Below are positions 18,138 through 28,934 of a stretch of 64,000 bases of DNA, one piece after another; position 1 is the first letter of the stretch, and each line of letters starts with the position of its first letter. The translations under genes were made by a program, and so were the position numbers. The DNA lies in the IMG/VR virus record IMGVR_UViG_3300005002_000001; one strand, 5' to 3'. The notes under the pieces were generated by a model that was not told the origin of the DNA, did no database searches, and saw only the letters and a program-made list of their open reading frames with translations. The stretch is from a virus.

Positions 18138-18739
18138 TTAGAAATTCTTTCGAGGTGTTCCAAAGCCGGCTCAAGACTACGTGCGCTGACTTCTCGAATC
18201 GATTCGATGCCCGCAAGTTTGGCAGCGGTTGATCCTTCGTAAGTTCCTTCGAAGGCGACGACTTCTTGCGGGCTCAGTCCCATCTTCTGAAGAGTCCGCG
18301 TGTAGACGGAGGAATCGGGCTTGTCTAGACCGTCGTCTCCTGTCACCGTAACGTAATCTACGACCTCATTCAACCGGGTCCACTTCAAAAAGCTGATGAT
18401 AGTTCGACGGCTAGCGTTGCTAGCGACTGCAATCTTCATTCCTTTCTTTTTCATGTTTTCCAAGATTTCGAAAGCTCGTTCAGAAAACTTGGCTTCTGAC
18501 ATCATGTCGGTCGTAAAGCTATCGATGGCCCACTCAACGAGATCGATGTCTTCTTTCTTGATCTGACGAGTTTCGATCAGATAATCTAACCTAGAACCGA
18601 CGGAGCGCTTTTCGTAAGCTTTCTCCATGTCAGGGGACCAATAGTAACCGTGTTCCTTCAGAGCATTTTGAAACGCTCTCCGACGCAGACCTCGAGAATC
18701 GCAAAGAACGTTATCAAACGAAAAAATGAGACCCTTCAT
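18134..18739 (-). CDS. HAD-superfamily hydrolase
   Basis: Motif I IFSFDNVLCDS. Motif II-like VASNAS. Motif III TGDDGLDKPDS. Confidence 0.5.
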   Translation of the reverse strand: MKGLIFSFDNVLCDSRGLRRRAFQNALKEHGYYWSPDMEKAYEKRSVGSRLDYLIETRQIKKEDIDLVEWAIDSFTTDMMSEAKFSERAFEILENMKKKGMKIAVASNASRRTIISFLKWTRLNEVVDYVTVTGDDGLDKPDSSVYTRTLQKMGLSPQEVVAFEGTYEGSTAAKLAGIESIREVSARSLEPALEHLERISK

Positions 18740-19683
18740 TTCACTTCTCCTCGGTAGAGGGATTCAAAAATCTTGCGATACGGTTCGAAACCGGCGGGCA
18801 AGAGCATGCTGCTGACGTCCGGGACAGTTGGGACGGCGGCAAAGACATCAGAATTGATAGCCTCCGGAGGCAGAACTTGTTCGGCGATGCCGACAGATCT
18901 AGAAACGACGGGTACACCTACTAGACCGCATTCCAAGAGCGCCTGTGGACCACCTTCGTATCGAGCTGTCACGGGGTAGATGTCAAGCGTCTGATAGAGT
19001 TCGTTCAGCACTTCTTGAGAAGGTCGTTCGAAGAAGGAATAAGGGATTCCTTCGATTTCCAACTCATGAACTACGTACTGACGGCGCCAACCAGCGAGGA
19101 CGACGTGAGGCTGGGGCATCTCACCGATGACAATCCTGTGGTCCTTCTGCCACCGTCGGTACTTCGCGATGAGAAAGTCCACTAGCAGGTCGGGTCCTTT
19201 TTCTAGTTTAGGAGACTTGAGATCGTGACCCTCAGTATCTCTTTGAAACGATCCGATCAAATAACCATCGGTCGGCAATCCGTGCTTTTCTCGAAGCTCG
19301 TATTTGTCTCCCGTCTTCCGCCATATATTTTGATTTGCCCAGTAAGGAGCAAGGAAGATAGGTTTTTTCGTCAGAGGACGAATGAAATCGTAAGTGTGCT
19401 GATTGTAGACGTGATAGGCTGTCGTAATAGCATCTCTATCCGCAAAATCGGCTCGCTCTCGATGTCCGAATTTCTCAGGCACGATATGATGAACTGTCGT
19501 TAGGACGGTCTTTTGAGAGAGTAGATGTCCCGGAACTTCTCTCCATCTCCAATCGCTAAGCAACCAAAGAATGTGTGCTCCTCGAAGATCATAGACGGAA
19601 ATGTCAGGATTTCCTTCGATCCACTCTTTTGTCAGACGATCGCAAATCCAATCTTCAGCGGCCGGAAGAGTCCAGATTTTCAT
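18736..19683 (-). CDS. Putative GT-B glycosyltransferase
   Basis: C-terminal EGGPQALLECGLVGVPVVS resembles the GT1/GT4 nucleotide-sugar binding motif. Confidence 0.4.
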   Translation of the reverse strand: MKIWTLPAAEDWICDRLTKEWIEGNPDISVYDLRGAHILWLLSDWRWREVPGHLLSQKTVLTTVHHIVPEKFGHRERADFADRDAITTAYHVYNQHTYDFIRPLTKKPIFLAPYWANQNIWRKTGDKYELREKHGLPTDGYLIGSFQRDTEGHDLKSPKLEKGPDLLVDFLIAKYRRWQKDHRIVIGEMPQPHVVLAGWRRQYVVHELEIEGIPYSFFERPSQEVLNELYQTLDIYPVTARYEGGPQALLECGLVGVPVVSRSVGIAEQVLPPEAINSDVFAAVPTVPDVSSMLLPAGFEPYRKIFESLYRGEVK

Positions 19684-20656
19684 GTTGCCACACGGCCTTC
19701 TCGATAAACTCGACGTAAGAATCTGCCACTTTTCTGATATCGAGATACGACGGATCTACCTTGATCTTCGGTAGCTCGCCAAGGCCACCAAAGTCCGCCG
19801 GCAGATCGGGCGGATGATCGTAGTCCTTGAGGGTGAAGTCGTACTTTTCTTTTTCCGCAATGACGATTCCGTTATTCCGGACAATTTCTTTTGTTCCGCC
19901 TGTTTCGGCGCAAATGACAGGAGTTCCCTGGGAAAGGGATTCGATGACGGAATTTGGACAGTGATCTCCCCACGCCAGATGGATCATCCAATTGGAAACG
20001 ACAAAAAGTTTCAGACACTGATCGTGAGGTAATGATCCGGTATAGAAGATGTGAGGATCGGCGACTTGATGATCCGGATTGCTGCCCAGTACAACTAAGC
20101 AGCTGTTCGGATACTTCTTCTCTTTGAGATATTTGAAGCAGCGGATGTTTTCCTTGAGACGCTTCTGAGCGTGCCAATTGGCCGAACAGACGAACATCAT
20201 CTCGTATTCATTTCGAATCTTCATGAAGCCAGGCAATGATTCCTTCATGACTTCGAGATCGATGCCATTATGAATGACTTGCCCGAACTTCGGAGCTCCC
20301 CACCATTTGGTGATCTGATCTCGATTGAATTCGGATTGAAAGACTACTCCGGCGGCTCGCTTGTAAGTCTCCAGGATCCCTCTGTTTCTCCACAAAAATT
20401 CGGAAGGTTTGGACCAAATACCATCCAGCCTTTGGATCAGAGGTTTTTTGGGGTCAAGCTGGTGTGACGGTTCGATAAAGACGATGGCCACATCATAGTC
20501 AGACACATCGGCTAGTGTGTGTCCATTTTTCGCTAGCCGATCAGCTAATCGAAAAGCAAACGTATTCGGTCCCGAACGAGACGCGAAATCGACGCCCGTA
20601 AAGAGGATCTTCATCTCTTTCTGAGTTCTTGCTCGATGTCTTCGTAGAAGACGCAC
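19655..20656 (-). CDS. Glycosyltransferase family 1 (GT4-like)
   Basis: N-terminus MKILFTGVDFASRSGPNTFAFRLADRL is typical of a GT-B N-domain. C-terminal GTPVICAETGGTKEIV motif. Confidence 0.55.
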   Translation of the reverse strand: MRLLRRHRARTQKEMKILFTGVDFASRSGPNTFAFRLADRLAKNGHTLADVSDYDVAIVFIEPSHQLDPKKPLIQRLDGIWSKPSEFLWRNRGILETYKRAAGVVFQSEFNRDQITKWWGAPKFGQVIHNGIDLEVMKESLPGFMKIRNEYEMMFVCSANWHAQKRLKENIRCFKYLKEKKYPNSCLVVLGSNPDHQVADPHIFYTGSLPHDQCLKLFVVSNWMIHLAWGDHCPNSVIESLSQGTPVICAETGGTKEIVRNNGIVIAEKEKYDFTLKDYDHPPDLPADFGGLGELPKIKVDPSYLDIRKVADSYVEFIEKAVWQHENLDSSGR

Positions 20657-21018
20657 TCATTGAAGATCGGAGCGATGTGTCTCAGATCTCCTGTCGGGAT
20701 CTTGTCGATGGGCGCTTCTTGAAAGACAGGGGCTACCGAATAGTCCCAAGTCTCGGGGTCTTCCGTCAGGACTTTTGTGTCGCTGAATTTGATCGCTTCG
20801 TAGTATCTTTGCGCGATCCAATCTTTGGTGACTTCGGACGGATTGAAAGATGATTTCGAGAAGACAGAATGGACGACATCTTTGATGACAGAGTACATCT
20901 CTTCCATGTCTTCTTTTTTGAGACCCTTGCCCGTGCCCGCAAACTTTTGCAGCTTGAGGTTAAGGTGAAATTCCAGCAGTTCAGCAAACCGCGGGGGAGT
21001 TTTTGTGGCGTCGGTCAT
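20611..21018 (-). CDS. Hypothetical protein
   Basis: 135-aa ORF between a GT gene and a 2OG oxygenase. No motif recognised. Confidence 0.3.
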   Translation of the reverse strand: MTDATKTPPRFAELLEFHLNLKLQKFAGTGKGLKKEDMEEMYSVIKDVVHSVFSKSSFNPSEVTKDWIAQRYYEAIKFSDTKVLTEDPETWDYSVAPVFQEAPIDKIPTGDLRHIAPIFNECVFYEDIEQELRKR

Positions 21019-21040
21019 CAGTCAACTCTACTTCCTCTTT

Positions 21041-21838
21041 TTAAGTTGTTTTGTTTTCAACTCGTCCCTGGGACCGAATCCTTCTAAATTCTTCTAGTTC
21101 CGGAGGTTCGACCGCTCCCGGAAGCTTCTTGAAGACCGTAGATCGATAAGGCGTCGATTCTAATTCATCTTCCGAAGCGGGAGTGTAGTAGTACACAGCG
21201 AGGGATTTTCTCGACATGCCTTCGGGACATGCTAGCGGCACGGGATGTCCGTGATTGGATCCTTGATCCGTTCGAAAGACGATCAGACGGTTGAACGTCG
21301 GAAGAATAGTCTTTTCGAGTTTGGTCATGTCTCCATTCCAAATCTGAAGATGACCTTCGTATTCATCCTTCCAATCCTTGTTGAGATAGACGATTGCATT
21401 GACTTTTCGAAAGGCCTTGAGAGTTCGATGGATGTTATAGTCTTCGTGCACATCCAACTTACCTCCTGGCATGATCTGATGCAGACCTCCGCCGTTCAGA
21501 CTTGGGTCGGGAATCAGATCATTTAGCCCCGTTAGCTTCTTCAGAAATTCGACAAAAGGACCATTCATGAAATCAAAGAAACTTCGAAAACAAGGATCGA
21601 GCTGGGTCAGATCGTTGAAGGCCAGCTTCTTTTCGAGAGGATTGCTGTAAGCCCACCATTTGAATTCTTGCGGATCCGGAAACTTAGAGACGATCTCTTC
21701 CAAAGCTTCAGGCACAAAAAGATCGTCAATGACGATGTGCTGAAACGGTTGACTTTCCGCGAACTGCTGCTTCATGACTTGCGGATTGACGACCCAAGAA
21801 GCTCGATCTCGTCGGATGTAACGACCCATGTGACTCAT
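21041..21838 (-). CDS. 2OG-Fe(II) oxygenase (prolyl-4-hydroxylase-like)
   Basis: LDVHEDYN (H-x-D) plus a downstream His in SNHGHPVP, within a cupin-like beta region. Confidence 0.55.
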   Translation of the reverse strand: MSHMGRYIRRDRASWVVNPQVMKQQFAESQPFQHIVIDDLFVPEALEEIVSKFPDPQEFKWWAYSNPLEKKLAFNDLTQLDPCFRSFFDFMNGPFVEFLKKLTGLNDLIPDPSLNGGGLHQIMPGGKLDVHEDYNIHRTLKAFRKVNAIVYLNKDWKDEYEGHLQIWNGDMTKLEKTILPTFNRLIVFRTDQGSNHGHPVPLACPEGMSRKSLAVYYYTPASEDELESTPYRSTVFKKLPGAVEPPELEEFRRIRSQGRVENKTT

Positions 21839-22746
21839 TTGGAATGATCCTTGCTAATGTTTTCGTATAGCTTTTTGATATTATCGATGTGAAATTTTTT
21901 GCCAACTTCGAAAGCCGCATCGCTCATTTCTCTTCTGTGAGTCGGATCTTTCGAAAGGAGAAAATTGAGTTGCATGAGCATGTGATCTTTATCGGGCACG
22001 AACGCACACGCATTTTCTCCAAATTCTAGGTAGCTTTCGTATGGAATGCAAATTGTGGGGATCCCATAGCTCTGAAAATTAGAAAGCTTGGTGTTCGGCT
22101 TATATCTCTTCATAAGATTGATGACGTGTTCATTCATCTTGCCATCGTGCTCGGCGAAAACTATGCCGATGTCGATCTTGCGAAAGATATCGTCGCACTC
22201 TTCTCTAGTGTTGGGATGGACGGAAATGAAAAACGCATCCCAAGCAGAGCACATCTCTTCTATTTCTTTGACGGCACTTATCTGTTCGGGCAGCCCGACG
22301 TAACCTACCGTCTTGACTTTTTCTCTGAATTCTGCTCTGAGATTATCAAAGTTTGTCGTGTGATGCGGGATGACGTAAGCTGGCTTATTTGAAGCTGCTT
22401 GGACATCAGACTTTACTAGACTGTTGTTGACAACAAAGAAGTCGCACTCTTGGTGAGTGTAATCTTTCAGATTGTCGATCTTCTTGCCTCTAAAGACGGC
22501 GTCACCGACAGGCATATCGGCGATATCATATCCGACGATGCAACCTTGCTTCTTATAGAAATCGACGACGCTAGCCGAATAATTCCGTAGCAGAATGACG
22601 ATCTTGTTTTTCGATTTCTCGTTCGAGCCGAGTTCGATGAATTGGCCGCCGATTCTTTGGGCCATTTGAATCCCTCTGATATACCCAGAGGTGCGAGAAG
22701 CCATGCCAATGAATGTTATCATTTTTTGATCTGCGATTCGATCCAA
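21835..22746 (-). CDS. Hypothetical protein, possible glycosyltransferase
   Basis: 303 aa inside the glycan island with Rossmann-like alternation. No definitive motif. Confidence 0.3.
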   Translation of the reverse strand: MDRIADQKMITFIGMASRTSGYIRGIQMAQRIGGQFIELGSNEKSKNKIVILLRNYSASVVDFYKKQGCIVGYDIADMPVGDAVFRGKKIDNLKDYTHQECDFFVVNNSLVKSDVQAASNKPAYVIPHHTTNFDNLRAEFREKVKTVGYVGLPEQISAVKEIEEMCSAWDAFFISVHPNTREECDDIFRKIDIGIVFAEHDGKMNEHVINLMKRYKPNTKLSNFQSYGIPTICIPYESYLEFGENACAFVPDKDHMLMQLNFLLSKDPTHRREMSDAAFEVGKKFHIDNIKKLYENISKDHSK

Positions 22747-23684
22747 CGATACGTCTTCTCTAGACCTACGCGGAGAGGTTGTTTAGGAGCCCAAAGCAGT
22801 TCTTTTTGGATGAGCCTATTGTCTGAAGACCTGCCTCGAACTCCAAGAGGTCCTGGGATGTGATCTATGTCGATCTTCTTGTTGGCGATCTTAGCGATCA
22901 TTTGAGCCAGTTCGTTGATCGTGACCATCTCATCAGACCCGATGTTGACCGGCCCGACGAACTTTGAATTCATCAGCCGATCGACGCCTTCGAGACATTC
23001 GTCGATGTATAGAAAAGAACGAGTCTGTTCTCCGTCTCCCCACACTTCGATGCGTCCATCCGATGATGCTACCTTTCTGCAAAGGGCAGCGGGAGCTTTT
23101 TCTCGTCCACCCGTCCAAGTACCTTCGGGTCCGAAGATGTTATGGAATCTGGCGATCCGAACATCGAGTTTCTTGTTCCTTGCGAAAGAAAGATAAAGAC
23201 GTTCACTAAAGAGTTTCTCCCACCCATATTCGCTGTCAGGATTAGCGGGATAAGCGGAAGATTCTTCGCAATTCGGATTCTGCGGATCGAGTTGATTCTC
23301 TTCGGGATAGATGCATGCAGACGAAGAATAAAAGATCTTCGGATTCAACCCTTGCTTGACAATGACGTCTAGAACATTCAAATTGATCGTCGCCGAGTTG
23401 TGCATGATATCGGCGTCGTTCTCTTTTGTGAAGATGAAACCCGCGCCGCCCATATCGGCCGCCAATTGGTAGACCTCGTCAGGTACGCAAGCGAGCATCA
23501 ATTCCTTGACATCTTCGTAATCTCGAAGATCGCAAATCATAAACTCACAACCCAACGATCGAAGATCGACGTATTCGTGTTCCTTGAGGTCGGCTCCCCA
23601 TACCTCATATCCTCTTTTCAGGAGGCTTTGGACGAGATGTCCGCCGATAAATCCTCCTGCACCTAAGACAAGTGCCCGCTTCAT
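22719..23684 (-). CDS. NAD-dependent epimerase/dehydratase (SDR family nucleotide-sugar enzyme)
   Basis: N-terminal LVLGAGGFIGGHL. Catalytic YxxxK (YGWEK). Confidence 0.75.
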   Translation of the reverse strand: MKRALVLGAGGFIGGHLVQSLLKRGYEVWGADLKEHEYVDLRSLGCEFMICDLRDYEDVKELMLACVPDEVYQLAADMGGAGFIFTKENDADIMHNSATINLNVLDVIVKQGLNPKIFYSSSACIYPEENQLDPQNPNCEESSAYPANPDSEYGWEKLFSERLYLSFARNKKLDVRIARFHNIFGPEGTWTGGREKAPAALCRKVASSDGRIEVWGDGEQTRSFLYIDECLEGVDRLMNSKFVGPVNIGSDEMVTINELAQMIAKIANKKIDIDHIPGPLGVRGRSSDNRLIQKELLWAPKQPLRVGLEKTYRWIESQIKK

Positions 23685-23701
23685 GCTATGAATCTACACA
23701 A

Positions 23702-24538
23702 TTACTTTTTCAAGTATTCAGCGCTCTTCAAAACGCCTTCTTTGTTCGGAACATAACAATGATGCATGAAATATTCGTGCGTTTCCATGACGGGAATCTG
23801 ATATTTGTGGAGCCAATAGTTGTTGGACGTTTGGTCTACGCAGGCCCACATTTTGGCGGTGACGCCGGGCTTGTCGGGAAATCGACTGACGGAACTGATA
23901 TCCACATCGGCGCCCGCTTGACACAACGCTGGAATTTCACGGGCTTTGGGCGCAAAATCGGGGTGGACGCTCCAGATTCCCGTATTGAAAATCTTGAATC
24001 GATCGGTGCCGAAGGCTTTCTGCGCTGCCATCTTTTCGCCCCAATAGTCCTTGCCGTTATTACATTCTCGCTCGAATTTCCAAACGTGACTGCCGCGATG
24101 ATCGTAGAATTTCTGATCGAGCGGCTTGAGACACGTTAGATCATTGTCTAACTTGACGACTCTCTTTCCTTTGAGACCGATGCCGGTAACGAATTCATGC
24201 ATAGAGCTGATGAGCGGCCAAAAGCAGTACTTGTTGGCTTTCCATTCATCGATCATCTCTTTGTCTTCGTGGATAGTGAATCCGTATCCTTTTTCGAGCA
24301 GGAAATCCGAATCGACTCGATACTGACGAAGCTTTTCGAGTAGCAGCTGCTTGTCGTCGGTCAAGATCCGATAGTCAATAGTGGGATTGAAATGCAAAAT
24401 AGTAGCGATGGAGGCCGCCGAATAGCTGAAGATGTAATCTTTGCCTCGATACGCCGACTGCGCCCAATGCCGCCCTGAATTTTCCATGGTCGGAATGTCG
24501 TAATCAAAAATGAGGCTATAGAAGACCGTCTCGATCAT
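23702..24538 (-). CDS. Hypothetical protein, possible GT-A glycosyltransferase (DxD motif)
   Basis: VVKLDNDLTCL is a DxD-like motif. Lies in the glycan cluster. Confidence 0.3.
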   Translation of the reverse strand: MIETVFYSLIFDYDIPTMENSGRHWAQSAYRGKDYIFSYSAASIATILHFNPTIDYRILTDDKQLLLEKLRQYRVDSDFLLEKGYGFTIHEDKEMIDEWKANKYCFWPLISSMHEFVTGIGLKGKRVVKLDNDLTCLKPLDQKFYDHRGSHVWKFERECNNGKDYWGEKMAAQKAFGTDRFKIFNTGIWSVHPDFAPKAREIPALCQAGADVDISSVSRFPDKPGVTAKMWACVDQTSNNYWLHKYQIPVMETHEYFMHHCYVPNKEGVLKSAEYLKK

Positions 24539-25263
24539 CGCTTTCTGATTCCTCGGATGTTGGGATCGATGGAATACGTCTCAAACATTTCTTTCATCGT
24601 TTGAGGATATTGATCGATGTTCCACTTTCCTCTGTTGATGGCTGTGCATACATAGGGCCAAACGAGGCTATCGTAGTGAAAGGCTCCGATCTTTTGCTCT
24701 CCGTTATAACAGAAGACACCACGAATATTGGCTTCTCGACAACCAATATTCCAATGTTCGGCTTCCAACCATTTTTCTGACTTTACCCTAGTGTAGAGCT
24801 CCAACAACCTTTCCTTGTTCCACATAGTCGCCTGCATCGAAAACGCGTCGTTGGTTTCCATGTGAACCTCGTACAGATCTTCTCCTGCTGGACGATCGAG
24901 CGGAGTCTGATAGCCGCAGCGAATCAATCTAACGTAATCGTACTTTCCCTGATCCAAGACTTCTTGGTATCGCTGCAATCGAAATGAGTTCGGGTTGGCG
25001 AACATGATGAAATCTTCTTGAAGATAGATGACGTACCTTTCAGGTATTTGCTTCAAAGCTTCTGTGTATTGCTTCCAATAAGGCTCAGCATCGTCGTGTT
25101 CGATAACCTGATGTTCTTTGAAATCGAAAAGTTGAGACGAGCCCTTGTCGCTTAGGACGTAGCTCTTGATTCCCTTGAGGTGCTTGCTCAGCTGACCGAA
25201 ATGCATGGGCCAAACGTCCTTGTATTTCGAAGTAGTGTACGTAATGACACACAAATCTTTCAT
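24535..25263 (-). CDS. Hypothetical protein
   Basis: 242-aa ORF whose ends overlap both neighbours by 4 nt. Confidence 0.3.
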   Translation of the reverse strand: MKDLCVITYTTSKYKDVWPMHFGQLSKHLKGIKSYVLSDKGSSQLFDFKEHQVIEHDDAEPYWKQYTEALKQIPERYVIYLQEDFIMFANPNSFRLQRYQEVLDQGKYDYVRLIRCGYQTPLDRPAGEDLYEVHMETNDAFSMQATMWNKERLLELYTRVKSEKWLEAEHWNIGCREANIRGVFCYNGEQKIGAFHYDSLVWPYVCTAINRGKWNIDQYPQTMKEMFETYSIDPNIRGIRKR

Positions 25264-26252
25264 TTGACGATCCTTTGCATGATTTCGTCGGCACGAGATT
25301 GGCTAGAGTGGAAATTCTTTGCAAACTTGTGTCCCTTTTGTCCGATCTCAGAGCAGAGATCGGGATGATCGAGAAGCAAATTTGCCGATTTTTCTAGCTC
25401 TTTGACATCAGAAAACGAGACAGCTTCGACCCAATCACACAGCGGCTTGGGCATCACGATGTTATAACGCTGATAGAGGCAGCAAGCGCTAGCGCCCAGG
25501 GCTTCCCAGAATCGATCGCAGCAGTCTCCACCACCCCAAGCATCGATGACAATACGAGATCGAGACATCATATCAGAAAAAGCGGCTCGATCGAAGCCCG
25601 ATCCGATGACAATCTTCTTATCAGGGCGAAGTTTCTGAATTCGTTGACAAACTTCGATGGCCTGTTTTCTAAGACCCGTTTTTGTATGTCCAAAGGAGCA
25701 GAAGATATCGATGTCCTTGTCTTTTGTAGGATATACGTGTCGGTCAAAAAGACCGAAAGGCAACGGCACGATCCCACGATCTACATCTTGTTGGTGACAC
25801 TCCCTTTTGAAGTATGTTCCGACCCTTTGAAACATTTTTTCGTCGATCCACGGTGAACCGCGGCGCTTGCCCGGATCGAGCAAACTATCTCTAGCTTGGG
25901 TCGGCCCGTCCCAGCCGGTGCAGCTCCATTCGCTACCATCAATGTAAGCCGTGCGTTCTCGAGGAAAATTGTTCAGAGAGTCCAGAAGATGATATTTGGG
26001 CGCTCGATTACCACGTACTTTGCCAAAAAAGACAAGTAGAGCATCGAATGTTTTAGCGACTTCGATAAAGTCATTGTCATTTAGCACCTCTTCGGGTCTG
26101 ATACCATTACTCAGATCAGAAGCGACGATCTGATCCCCTCGTTTTCTGAGGCCTTCGATGACAAGTTCGACCAGATAATCTTGCTTGCCGTCCGGTGTGA
26201 TGCAACCCACGATCATCAGATATTTTCCAACTGTTCTCGATAAAGCTGACAC
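25260..26252 (-). CDS. Hypothetical protein, possible GT-B glycosyltransferase
   Basis: The C-terminal half (IVIGSGFDR...VIDAWGGGDCCDRFWEALGASACCL) resembles a GT-B C-domain. Confidence 0.3.
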   Translation of the reverse strand: MSALSRTVGKYLMIVGCITPDGKQDYLVELVIEGLRKRGDQIVASDLSNGIRPEEVLNDNDFIEVAKTFDALLVFFGKVRGNRAPKYHLLDSLNNFPRERTAYIDGSEWSCTGWDGPTQARDSLLDPGKRRGSPWIDEKMFQRVGTYFKRECHQQDVDRGIVPLPFGLFDRHVYPTKDKDIDIFCSFGHTKTGLRKQAIEVCQRIQKLRPDKKIVIGSGFDRAAFSDMMSRSRIVIDAWGGGDCCDRFWEALGASACCLYQRYNIVMPKPLCDWVEAVSFSDVKELEKSANLLLDHPDLCSEIGQKGHKFAKNFHSSQSRADEIMQRIVK

Positions 26253-27175
26253 ATTTTTTCTGATGAAAGAGACTGCCTATGATCCGCCGCTTTTTGTCTA
26301 AACTCCGTCATAGCTGCTTTTACCTGCTGGATCGCCTGAAACAGAGACGTCTCATCGTACGAAATGCCGTAGCGTTCGCACATTTCGTTGACGCCTCCAC
26401 CATTCTTGTGATAAAGAACAGGCATGCCGCATGCGGCGCCTTCGATATGATGCATGCCGCAGGCTTCGAAACGAGCTCCCGTCAAGTAAACGTCATGATT
26501 GCCGATCTCTTTGGCTAGCTCAGGACCGTATAGAGGAGGCACGATCTTCGTCTTGACAGGTTTGTAGTCCTTGAAGTATCTACCGACATAGGTGAATTCG
26601 ATGTCATCATTGGTCTGCATGTATTTGTCTAGACCGATGTAAGCGTCGAAGCCCTTGTTAAAGTTGTCAGACCAGTGATGAGTGACTATCTTCAACTTTC
26701 GATCGTCGAGAGGCGGTCTTTCTTGCGGCACATAGAGATCTAGATTGCAACCATTCGTGATGACAGTATGTGGGCGGTTCGGATCGAATCCTCGTTGAAC
26801 GTAGTAGTCTCTTAGCCATTTGCTGATGAATACGGTATGGTCAGCGACAGCAGCATTGGCTTCGATATTCAATTGATCCAGAAAATTGGTGCCTCGAGCG
26901 ATATCCGTATCATTGATCCGATGGATCACTCTAACTTTGGGATTCAAAAGCTTATAAGCCTTGATCTTGTTGACATCGTTGATGCCATCCTCAGGCCGAG
27001 GATCGATCATCATGATCGTATTGATGCCGTAAGAAAAGTTGTGCACGACAGTATGACCCTGAGCCGTCATATAGTCCGAAAACAAAGTGACGAAATGGGT
27101 GCCGCCGCCCCAGGGAGTTCTTTTGGGTTGTCTGTTGATCAGAATTTTCATAGCGGCCTGTAGTATTCGATGCAC
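26216..27175 (-). CDS. Glycosyltransferase family 1 (GT4-like)
   Basis: Motif FEACGMHHIEGAACGMPVLYHKNGGGVNEM matches the GT4 E..G...E..A.G.PV signature. Confidence 0.6.
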   Translation of the reverse strand: MHRILQAAMKILINRQPKRTPWGGGTHFVTLFSDYMTAQGHTVVHNFSYGINTIMMIDPRPEDGINDVNKIKAYKLLNPKVRVIHRINDTDIARGTNFLDQLNIEANAAVADHTVFISKWLRDYYVQRGFDPNRPHTVITNGCNLDLYVPQERPPLDDRKLKIVTHHWSDNFNKGFDAYIGLDKYMQTNDDIEFTYVGRYFKDYKPVKTKIVPPLYGPELAKEIGNHDVYLTGARFEACGMHHIEGAACGMPVLYHKNGGGVNEMCERYGISYDETSLFQAIQQVKAAMTEFRQKAADHRQSLSSEKMCQLYREQLENI

Positions 27176-28143
27176 TCTCTCAGAGCGTGTTTGGAATCGA
27201 CGAATCGAAAGTTGGGTAAAAGTTTCATGACTTTCGACGTATTGATGGCATAGATCTTGTCATGACCAGGACGATCTTCAACAAACTTGATCGTATCCAA
27301 AAACGGAACTTCTGAACCGAGTTGCTTGTGGATCAATTGGCAGACTACGATGTTTGACAACGAAGTTGCCATCTTGCCGACGTTATAAACGTCATTTTTG
27401 ATCTCTCCGTTGGCAAATTTGATCGTCAGTTGCCTGATCATGTTGGCATTATCGACGACATAGAACCACTCTCTGATCTGGCTGCCGTCTCCGTATAGAG
27501 GGAACTTTTTGCCTTCAAAACAGCTTTTGATGTACTTCGGAATGAATTTTTCAGGGTGCTGTCTGGGTCCGTAATTGTTAGACGGCCGAATGATCAGATA
27601 TCGAGTACCGTATGTGTTAGCATGACTAACGACTAGATGCTCAGCCGCGGCCTTGGTGGCCGAGTATGGATTCGTCGGGTTGAGTCTATCTGTCTCCAAG
27701 AATCCGTCATCCTTAGCCGGGCCGTAGACTTCATCGGTCGAAATGTGAACAAGAGAAGCGCCTGTCCGACGGCAAGCTTCAAGCACACTCAGCGTCCCGT
27801 TGACGTTGCTCGTAACAAAAGGCTGGGGATCTCGAATCGAATTATCGACATGCGTCTCGGCGGCAAAATGTACGACAACCTTCACATCATTTTCGACGAT
27901 TGCCCTGACTAGGGTCGACGTCTCGTTGATATCATTTTGGTAGAATGGAATTCTCCACTCAGAGAACATGTTCAGCATATGCAGATTGCTAGCATACGAC
28001 AGTTTATCATAAGCTACGACTCCGGAGATTTCGTTCCACTTTTTCTTTCGACAAGCCTCGATAAAGTGACTAGCGATGAATCCGGCGGCGCCCGTTACGA
28101 GTACTTTCGTCACTTGGAGACTCCGTAGTTCTGAATGCACCAA
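27148..28143 (-). CDS. rmlB: dTDP-glucose 4,6-dehydratase
   Basis: KVLVTGAAGFIASHF. Motif FAAETHVDNSI. TDEVYG. Catalytic YSATK. Confidence 0.85.
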   Translation of the reverse strand: MVHSELRSLQVTKVLVTGAAGFIASHFIEACRKKKWNEISGVVAYDKLSYASNLHMLNMFSEWRIPFYQNDINETSTLVRAIVENDVKVVVHFAAETHVDNSIRDPQPFVTSNVNGTLSVLEACRRTGASLVHISTDEVYGPAKDDGFLETDRLNPTNPYSATKAAAEHLVVSHANTYGTRYLIIRPSNNYGPRQHPEKFIPKYIKSCFEGKKFPLYGDGSQIREWFYVVDNANMIRQLTIKFANGEIKNDVYNVGKMATSLSNIVVCQLIHKQLGSEVPFLDTIKFVEDRPGHDKIYAINTSKVMKLLPNFRFVDSKHALRECIEYYRPL

Positions 28144-28934
28144 TCGAGAGCCTCTTGACCCGATCTAGGAACGTAACCTGTCGAGATAAGCTTGGTGATA
28201 TCCTGGACGGTGTTAACACGTTTGACAGCAATCGTCTTCAAATAATCTCGATAATCGATCTTTGAAACGTTCAACGTCGGATCGATCTTTTTGAGGGCTG
28301 ACGCAATTTCAAAAGGAGACAGCAGCCCTGAATTAGCACAGTTGTAGATGCCAGTCGCGCCGACAGAGATGAGATGATCCATCATCTCTTTGAAGTCCTC
28401 GATGCACGTGACAGAGTTGGGTTCATCGATGCATGCGAGATCTTTCTTTTTCAGAAATTTCGTCAGCATGTTTGTGTCGTTCGGAACCGGAGAGATCATC
28501 TGTCGCGGACGAAGGATGAGATAATCCTTTAGATCGTGATTGACGATCAGATCGTCGGCCCAGGCTTTTGTTCGAGAATACCAGGCGGCCGGGACCGGAA
28601 CGTCATCTTCTCTAAAAAGCTTGTGATTGCCATCAAAGATGCAGCCGCTGCTAATGTGCACAAGCTTCAACCCCAATCGATGACAGGCTGACGCGACCAT
28701 CAACGGGCCCATCGTATTGATCAAATAGCTGTCGACCTTGTTTTGTTCGCACCACTCTAAGCTGATTTTAGCGGCCGTATTGATGACAACGGTTCCAGGA
28801 GCGCACTCTTTGTGAAGAGCGCGGTAAACGGATCCAAAATCGGTGATTTCGATCTTGTCATGACCCAGAACAATATCTTCAGGGTTGCGGATGATGTTGG
28901 CGACTTTGCCGTTACCGATGATCGTTCTTTTCAT
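28110..28934 (-). CDS. rmlD: dTDP-4-dehydro-6-deoxyhexose reductase (RmlD-like)
   Basis: Short SDR of 274 aa with VINTAA and LVHISSGCIFDG, typical of RmlD. Overlaps rmlB. Confidence 0.6.
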   Translation of the reverse strand: MKRTIIGNGKVANIIRNPEDIVLGHDKIEITDFGSVYRALHKECAPGTVVINTAAKISLEWCEQNKVDSYLINTMGPLMVASACHRLGLKLVHISSGCIFDGNHKLFREDDVPVPAAWYSRTKAWADDLIVNHDLKDYLILRPRQMISPVPNDTNMLTKFLKKKDLACIDEPNSVTCIEDFKEMMDHLISVGATGIYNCANSGLLSPFEIASALKKIDPTLNVSKIDYRDYLKTIAVKRVNTVQDITKLISTGYVPRSGQEALDWCIQNYGVSK